A stretch of 64,000 bases of DNA, from positions 186,001 through 250,000 of the forward strand of contig JAPDFW010000092.1 in the NCBI GenBank assembly GCA_028826165.1. Direction: 5' to 3'. Under the pieces are notes generated by a model. That model did not search any database. It was not told where the DNA came from and was given only the letters and a program-made list of their open reading frames with translations. Source of the DNA: Anaeramoeba ignava BMAN (taxonomy: Eukaryota > Protista > Anaeramoebae). Made by a program: the position numbers and the translations under genes. Positions 56,001 through 64,000 of this stretch are shown piece after piece (within the stretch, counting starts at the first letter, position 1; each line of letters opens with the position of its first letter).

Positions 56001-57174
56001 TTCTGATCCACTTTTTCTGTCAAATTTGGAAAAAAAACCAACACCTACAAAAATTGAGACTTTGGAGCAAATCATCGAAGATCTTGTCGATAATAAACCC
56101 GAGACTTACGAACAATGTGTGGAATGGGCACGAAATGTATTTGAAGATAATTTCCACAATATCATTCTTCAGTTACTTTTTATGTTCCCAAAAGATGCAA
56201 AAAATTCTTACGGTGATCCTTTTTGGCATGGAGAGAAAAGACCCCCAACAGAAGCAAAATTCGACATCAATAATAATGTTCATGTTGGATTTATTCTCAG
56301 CGCAGCAAACCTACGTGCTCAAATTTACGGGATTCCTAAGCAGAAAGATTTGGACAAAATTCGACAAATTATTCCAAATTCTGAAGTGAAAAAATTTTCT
56401 CCAAGAGATGGCTTTAAAGCATTAACCGATGATAAGGGAGAAGTAACCGAAATTGTTGACGAAACTCTTCAGGATGAGGATCGATATGAGATGCTTCTTA
56501 AAAAGCTTCCAGATCCAGAAAAATTCAAAGAAATTGAAATCAAAGTTCACAAATTTGAAAAGGATGATGATACTAATTTCCACATTGATTTTATCACTGC
56601 AGCCTCAACTATTCGTGCTATAAATTATGATATCGAACCAGTTGGCCGACTCGAGACAAAAGGAATTGCTGGTCGAATCATACCTGCAATTGCAACAACA
56701 ACGGCAAGTGTGACAGGATTAGTTTGTTTGGAGCTTTACAAGTTAATTCAAGAAGATAAAGTTTTAGAAGATTTCAAAAATGCATATTTTAATTTAGCTC
56801 TTCCTTATTTTGGATTTGCGAATCCAATCCAAAGTTTCAAGTATACCGGAAAAGGTGATCAAGAGTTCACAATTTGGGATCAATATAAAATTAAAGGAGA
56901 TTTAACTGTTCAACAACTTGAAGACTTTTTTGTTGAGAATCACAAAATTATTCCTACTATGATTAATGCTGGTAATAGTCTTATTTATAATGCTTATAAT
57001 CCAAGTCATAAAGAAAGAAAGAATCAAAAAATTACCGATTTATATCAATCCATTTCAAAAAAGCAACTATATCAAAATCAAAAGTATCTTTCTTTGAATG
57101 TTTTGTTTGATGATTCCGAAGCAAAAGAATCTATTGAAAATTCACCTATTGTTACTTTGATTTTACGAGATTAA
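53018..57174 (+). CDS. UBA1: Ubiquitin-activating enzyme E1
   Basis: [18 protein letters not shown]; GAGAIGCE; [10 protein letters not shown]; [10 protein letters not shown]; catalytic PLCTLHNFP; [14 protein letters not shown]; [13 protein letters not shown]; several 5' introns and one likely homopolymer frameshift near 54780. Confidence 0.96.
54442..54722. repeat. 31-bp tandem repeat (about 9 copies) forming a UBA1 intron; AAAATAAATATTC-type repeat in the preceding intron (53840-54370)
   Basis: TCTTAAT recurs every 31 nt. Confidence 0.9.
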
Positions 57175-57179
57175 AATCA

Positions 57180-57785
57180 AAATCCATTTAAAATTAAAAT
57201 TCATTTAAAATAAAAAAATTAAAATTAAAATTAAAATTAAAATTAAATCAAATTTAAAATTAAAATTAAAATTAAAATTAAAAATCCATTTAAAATTAAA
57301 ATTAAAATTAAAATTAAAATCAAAAATTAAAATTAAAATCAAAATTAAAATCAAAATTTAAAATTAAAATTAAAATCAAAATTAAAAATCAAAATCAAAA
57401 AATTAAAAATTAAAATTAAAATCAAAATTAAAAATTAAAATCAAAAATTAAAATTAAAAATTTAAAATCAAAATAAAATTAAAAATCAAAATCAAAATTA
57501 AAATTAAATCAAAATTAAAATTAAAATTAAAATTAAAATTAAAATTAAAATTAAAATTAAAATTAAAATCCAAAATTAAAATTAAAATCCATTTATAAAA
57601 TTAAAATTAAAATTAAAATTAAAATTAAAATTAAATTTAAAATTAAAATTAAAATTAAAATTAAAATTAAAATTAAAATTAAAATTAAAATTAAAATTAA
57701 AATTAAAATTAAAATTAAAATCCATTTATAAAATTAAAATTCAAATCAAAATTAAAATTAAAATTAAAATTAAAATTAAAATTCA
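57180..57785. repeat. (AAAATT)n intergenic microsatellite
   Basis: Direct inspection of the sequence. Confidence 0.93.
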
Positions 57786-57836
57786 AAATTTTTTTTCTTT
57801 TTTTCATTTTTCATTTTTTTCTTTCTTCTTTTTCAA

Positions 57837-60800
57837 ATGAAGAAATTAATCAATAAATGGATTCAAACAATTCTTAAAGAAAAAATTTCAAAAAATCAAC
57901 TTCAATTTTCAATTCAAATTTGCCAATTATTACAATCAATTAATCCTAAAATTCAATTTCCTTTATTTTTGTAAATTAAAATTTTAAAATTTAAAATTTA
58001 AAATTTTTATTCATTTTTATTTTTATTATTTTTTAATAGCAATTCACGAATTATTAATTATACAAATTTTGTTTCTTTTTTGAATAAACTCGATATTCAA
58101 TTTAAAACAAAAGCAAATATTCAACAATTATTAAAAAATCAAGAAATAATTTATTCTTTTTTGAAAGAAATTTATGATCATTATTCCCAAAAAAATATCT
58201 TAAAAAAAACAAATTTCATTAATGCTTATTTATGCAAAAATGATGGAAAATATATTCAAGAAGGAATTTTCATCATTTCAGACCAAAATTCAAATTTACA
58301 TTTCTTTTCAACTCAAAAATTCCAAAAATTCATTTCTTCAGAAAAAATTATCAACAAAATTCAAATCAAAATTCAAAAATACAAAAATACAAACCAAATT
58401 CCAATAATCATCTTCTTAGAACTCAAAAAAGGAATAACTTTTTTTTCATCAAATCAATTTTTTAGAAAATTTACTGAAAAAAATATTTCATTCATTTTAA
58501 AAGAAAAAAACATCATTTCCCAAAAAATTCACCATTTGATATTCACAATCAATTTGGCAATCAAGAAAAGGATGAGAACCTTAATTATTTTATGTTTGAA
58601 AATGTTTTGTTTGCCAATATTTTTGATTTTTCATCAAATGCTTTAGTTGATTCAATTAAAAATAATCCTTACTTTAAATTTTCAGTTCAATATTTTGATG
58701 AAGAAGGAAAACAAATTCAACAAGGAATTATAGAAATTGATAATGAAACAATGAAATTGATAGATAGTTCTGGAAATGAAATTATTAGTGAAAATATTAA
58801 CGATACAAAAGTAACCAACAAAAAAAAAACAAAAAGAATTATTCAAATCAATTTTCTTCTAAATTTCTTTTTCTATTTTTTCTTTTTTTTGATAAAAAAA
58901 ACCCAAAATTTAAATCAAGATCATTTTTAATGCTCATCAAGAAATTTTGTTTATGAAATGCAAAAATATGTTTACTATTATCATCCAAAAAACTCTATTT
59001 AATATTTTTTCCAGAACAATTTCAGAAAAATCAAAAAACTTTCAAGAAATAGAAACAGAATTAGAAAAGGAAAAGGAAATTAAGCATCAACAAAAAGATC
59101 AGAAATTGTTAAAAAATTTTATGTTTACTGAAGGAAACCAATTCGTGAAAATGAATCGGGGATTAATCTCAAACAAAATAATCAACTTGATTCAAAAGGC
59201 ATTTTCAACAGAAAATTTCCAAATGGAAGCAAAATTGGTTCAAATCGATTATTTGGAGACTAATTGTTCAATAGTATTAGGATCAACACATATATCTATG
59301 ATTATGTATTCGCAAGGACACACAGAAAAAAAATATTCTTGGCATTTTGGAGTGAATATTTTTGTGGATGATTCAAAATTTATTGTCAAATTGGTTGTTT
59401 CAAATCGAGCATTTTATATTCGTTTTCCAGATTATAAAAAAATGATTGTGTTTGTTTATGTTGTTTTGCTCAAAAATAAATATCACGGTCTTCATCCAGA
59501 AAACTGGAGAATTTCTGGAGAAATTTTAGATCAAAATCAAGAAATTGAATGTGTTGCTTTGACTTGCAAAAATAAAGGGAATGTTTCCTTTTTAATCTCC
59601 ATTTCTTCTGATGATTTTGCAAATGAAAGCGCATTGCTTGAAATGGATTCGGAACAAGTTTCTTTTTTTTTCAAAAAGCATCAAAAACAACAAGTTTATT
59701 TTTGGAAAGAAATATTGTTTGAAATTATGATTGATCAAGATTCTCATGTTTTGTTGTTAAATATTGAATCCGAGATACTTTTCATTAACGCTTTTTCCTT
59801 AATAAAAACGCTTTTAGTGATGAGATGTTTCAATTTATTTTCAGTTATGCACAAAGAAGAAGCTCCGAAATTAAAGACAACACAATTTTTTACAGAAGAT
59901 GAATTAAAATTTGAAGGATTACTTAATTATGAATATTTTGAATACAAACCAGATCCAATTTTAGAAGAAATCAATTTAAATGAAAATGAAAATACAAATG
60001 AAAATGAAAATGAAAATGAAAATACAATTAATATTGAGAAATATTTTAATATGCAAAGAAATGAAAAAATTATCACAATTATTGATCCAGATTATGTCAT
60101 TTATAAGAGTGAACTGCAAGATAAAATTTTTAAGATTAATGATAACAAAAAGGAGGAACAAAATCTTTTGGAATTCCGGAAAGAAAGCTTATACAAATAC
60201 CATTTAAAAGAAACATTAGATTACGGACAAGATCTTCATATCGAAAAATTATGTTTTGAAGTTTTGCTAATGAATGAGTTCCAAGAATGTGTTGATTCTT
60301 TGAAAATATTTTTGTTAGAGAAATATTGCATGATCAAAAGAAAAAACCAACAAGTTGCATATCAATATAATCAATACATGAAGATTTTAGTATTGGAGGA
60401 AAATTTTGGAGATTCCATCTTCTTTTTAAATGAAATTTATCACATCAAAATTAAATTTTATTCTTTAAAACAAAAAAAGCTTTTTGAAGATGGACTTTCA
60501 AACAGAATTTCTTCAAAAATGCCGTACAAACAAAAAAAAAATGAACCAGTATTTACTTGTTTTATTCGCACATTTATAATTCCAGTTCAGGTGTTTTTAA
60601 CACTAGGAAGCCACTGGATTGAAATTGAGCTTTCATTCAAAAAATTCTATATTTATTATTTCTCAATCGAATCAACCAAAACTCTAGAAAACAAAATTTC
60701 ACTTATTTTGCACAAGAATTTGTTTAGAATTGTGCTAGAATTTGAAAGTGAGGAATCTGCAAGGCAATGTTATCATGAAATCAAAAGGAAAAAATCGCAG

Positions 60801-62546
60801 TTTTTAGGATATGCACTTGATGAAAAAATGGGCATTTTGAATCTCAAAAGAATCAATCCCAAAGGAAAGTGCAAACTTATTGCATCATCAAAAATATTAA
60901 CAATTTACCAGAAAGGAAAAAGCTTTTTTGCGAATTTCTACAAAGATATCAAAATTCTTCAAACCAAAAAATCTCTTGTTGTGGATATTTATTTTTCGGA
61001 AGAGCAAAAAATCAGGATTAAATTCAACACAATCAAAGAAAAAGAGCAAGTTGAAAAAATTCTGGATCAAAACAAAAAAAATGCGACTATTGTGAATATT
61101 AATTCTGTGAGAAATTCCAGAGAAATCAAGGAAAAGGAAAGGCTCTGGATATCTCAATTAGCAGAAAAAGGAACAAATCCAGGTATTGACTTCAACTTCT
61201 CGGAAACAGAAAATGAATTCCATGGAGTTGTTGTTGATTCAGAACTGCAGAAACAATTTGGAAAAGCAACAATTGTTTTGAAAAAGGATCAAATTTTTAT
61301 TGCTTCAAATCAAATACTAATCCACTCAAAACTTGGAAGAAGAGAAACAAAGGTGTATCTGGAAATAACAACAGGACAAGTTGTGAAGTTCCATTTGCAA
61401 AATCATTCGTCAATCAATATTCTATTCAAAAACTCAAAAATTGCGCATTTTTTTCTCAATACAATAAGAAAATACATGAATTTCCAAGAAGAAAGTGAGG
61501 ATACTCAAAAGGAAATTATATTAGGCCGAACAGAACAGCGCGAATTTTTGGATTTTGGATTTGAATACAAAATCAACGCCTCTTTATTAGACTTTAATTT
61601 GAGATATTCTGGAATCGCGAAAATGACACTTTCAAAACATATTTTAAACATTAAAATTAATAATGAAAAAAATTTTGCCAATTTGATCGAGAAAACAAAG
61701 ATATCAATCAACAAAATAAATCCCTTGATTTGGCAAATTGTAATTGACGAAGATTACTTATTTCTAATTGAATTGATCGATATTCCGTCAGCGAAAAAAT
61801 TTCTTGAATATTATAAACTAGCAAAATCAACCAAAACAAATGAAAATTCAAAAGATGACAGTCGAAGGAGCACTCTCACGTTTTTGGTTCAAGCTCGAAA
61901 AGAGAGCTCAAATTTGTGGGAAAAGGTTATAATCGTAATGAGCTTTAGATCAATGAGAATCAACTTCGAAAAAGAGCATTTTTCTCAACGTTGGTTTGAT
62001 CATATCGGTTTAATCAAGAATAAGGACGGAATTTTCCAAATCAAATTTGATAAACAAAAAGACTTCATCAACCTGAAGTTTTCAAGCCAAGAAGAATCTC
62101 AATTATTTTACTCTTCTTTCCAGCAAGCTACTAGGAATAAATTTTTAAAACTCCAAGAATTTCCTCAAAATTTAGATGAAATTGAAGAAGAAAATAATGA
62201 TGAAGATTATAAACAAAAATTGATTCAAAATCTTCAAGAAAATGGGTTTTTGTTTGAAATTGAAATGCTAAATAATAATTTAAGAAAAACTGGAATTGAT
62301 GGGGTTTTGTTAATGGAATCAGAATCATTTTCTATTTTAACAAATGTCCGAAGTGGTGATGATTATTGTAATATCCAAACTTATAAATATCATCACAATT
62401 TTGGTATACAAACTGAATCTGGAAAGAATTCTTCAATTATCAGAATTATAGAAAGTGAATCCCAGAAGAAAATTTTCAAAATTAAAAAGTTTGAAGAAAA
62501 ACAAATTTTTATTGATTTAATTTCGCGAATTCTCCAAAAGAAATGA
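57837..62546 (+). CDS. Large uncharacterised protein: divergent CH-like N-terminus + tandem PH-like beta-rich repeats
   Basis: Exon 1 encodes MKKLINKWIQTIL..QICQLLQSINP; intron about 57970-58039; ORF pieces 58080-58646, 58592-58930 and 58947-62546 are joined across homopolymer frameshifts. Domain calls are by eye. Confidence 0.65.
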
Positions 62547-62651
62547 TTTCAAAAAAAAAATTAATTCCACTTTTTTTCAATTTTTTTAATCAATTTAATT
62601 AAACTAAATTAAAATAAATCAGAACAATTTTCAAAAATAATAAAATTATTT

Positions 62652-62940
62652 TTTTAAGGAAATAAATTTGGATTTGTTTGATTTAATTGAAAATAATCAA
62701 TTCCTAATTTTAATTTCTTCAATTATTTCTTGTGTAATTTGAATTTCATCTTTTTAATTTGATTTGAATAAATCCAATATTCAAATATTTGAAATGATTT
62801 ATTACTTAATTCACTATAATATGTAACTTTATTAGAAGTATCATTTGTTACAGATAAAAACATTCCTCGATATAATTCACTTCTCATTATTAATATTAAT
62901 TTGGGAAATTTATATTGTTTTTCTTTTCTTTCAATAATAA
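62652..62940 (-). pseudogene. BTB/POZ domain fragment with frameshifts
   Basis: Minus strand reads IIERKEKQYKFPKLILIMRSELYRGMFLSVTNDTSNKV..SFQIFEYWIYSN..IDYFQLN; two indels, and the 5' end abuts a satellite. Confidence 0.7.
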
Positions 62941-63660
62941 AATATTTTTCATTAATTTATTTCAAAAATGGAATAAAGAATATTAAATAATTAAATTTGA
63001 AATTAATTATATTTTATATATTTTATTAATATTTCTTTATTTAAAATAATATAAAATCATTCCCAATAATTAAATAAAATTAATAAAATATTTTAATTAA
63101 TTTATTTCAAAAATTGAATAAAGAATATTAAATAATTAAATTTAAAATTAATTATATTTTATATATTTTATTAATATTTCTTTATTTAAATTAATATAAA
63201 ACTATTCTCAATAATTTAATAAAATTAATAAAATATTTTAATTAATTTATTTCAAAAATGGAATAAAGAATATTAAATAATTAAATTTCAAATTAATTAT
63301 ATTTTATATATTTATTAATATTTCTTTATTTAAAATAATATAAAATTATTCCCAATAATTTAATAAAATTAATAAAATATTTTCATTAATTTATTTCAAA
63401 AATGGAATAAAGAATATTAAATAATTAAATTTAAAATTAATTCTATTTTATATATTTTATTAATTTTTCTTTTATTTAAAATAATATAAAACTATTCTCA
63501 ATAATTTAATAAAATAAATAAAATATTTTAATTAATTTATTTCAAAAATGGAATAAAGAATATTAAATAATTAAATTTAAAATTAATTATATTTTATATA
63601 TTTTATTAATATTTCTTTATTTAAAATAATATAAAATTATTCTCAATAATTAAATAAAAT
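62935..63660. repeat. 145-bp tandem satellite, 5 copies
   Basis: TTCAAAAATKGAATAAAG recurs near 62961, 63106, 63251, 63396 and 63541. Confidence 0.93.
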
Positions 63661-63674
63661 TGAGAAGAAAAATT

Positions 63675-64000
63675 GAAATATTTTAATAAAGATAAATATT
63701 TAATTTTAATAATATTTAATAATAATTTAATTTAAATTTATTTTAATTTAATTTTAAAATAATATTTTTTATTTATTATATTAATATTTTTGATTATTTA
63801 TTATTTCAATTTTAATTATAATAAAATATATTAAAAAGTGGAATAAATATTTTTAATAAAAGATAAATATATTTAATTTTAATAATATTTAATAATAATT
63901 TAATTTAAATTTATTTTATTTTAATTTAATATAATATTTTTATTTATTATATTAATATTTTTGATTATTTATTATTCCAATTTTAATTATAATAAAATAT
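63675..64000. repeat. About 170-bp AT-rich tandem repeat, two copies up to the window edge
   Basis: AATATTTTAATAAAGATAAATAT..TTTTTGATTATTTATTATT is repeated. Confidence 0.85.

Noticed and set aside
53018-57174. Intein/Hint insertion in UBA1 or other genes
   Set aside because: UBA1 motifs follow at normal spacing, and no Hint-like segment was recognised anywhere in the window.
33960-58950. Programmed frameshifting at repeated 1-nt shifts (about 33965, 40380, 46440, 48000, 54780, 58600-58950; also 5650)
   Set aside because: All fall in homopolymers or microsatellites, including one in essential UBA1; long-read indel error is the simpler explanation. Needs read-level confirmation.

Overview
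Extremely AT-rich, intron-containing eukaryotic DNA in the standard genetic code. The poly-NQ tracts and the style of the BTB domains suggest an anaerobic amoeboid protist such as Anaeramoeba (inference only). Positions 1-30.7 kb hold a head-to-tail array of about 25 Rab1-derived small GTPase genes, which the ORF track mostly misses because each has five short exons and four phase-0 GT-AG introns. About 18 copies are essentially intact, one is cut by the window edge, and six lie in garbled or damaged sequence. Every readable copy has lost the switch-II Gln of WDTAGQE and has G4 NKxD changed to T/AKxD. Variation between copies is concentrated in switch II, which appears to move between paralogues as a cassette, and the prenylation motif shifts from double-Cys to CaaX along the array. 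Downstream genes, in order: PX-TBC-TLDc (TBC1D24-like, no catalytic fingers); a secreted VWA protein with three TM helices; BTB + N/Q + ARM repeats; an Arg-finger-less RhoGAP; RanBP9/10; BTB-BACK-discoidin-like; UBA1; a CH + tandem PH-like protein; and a BTB fragment next to a 145-bp satellite. Many single-base frameshifts fall in homopolymers or repeats and are probably assembly errors. All exon models were read by eye.
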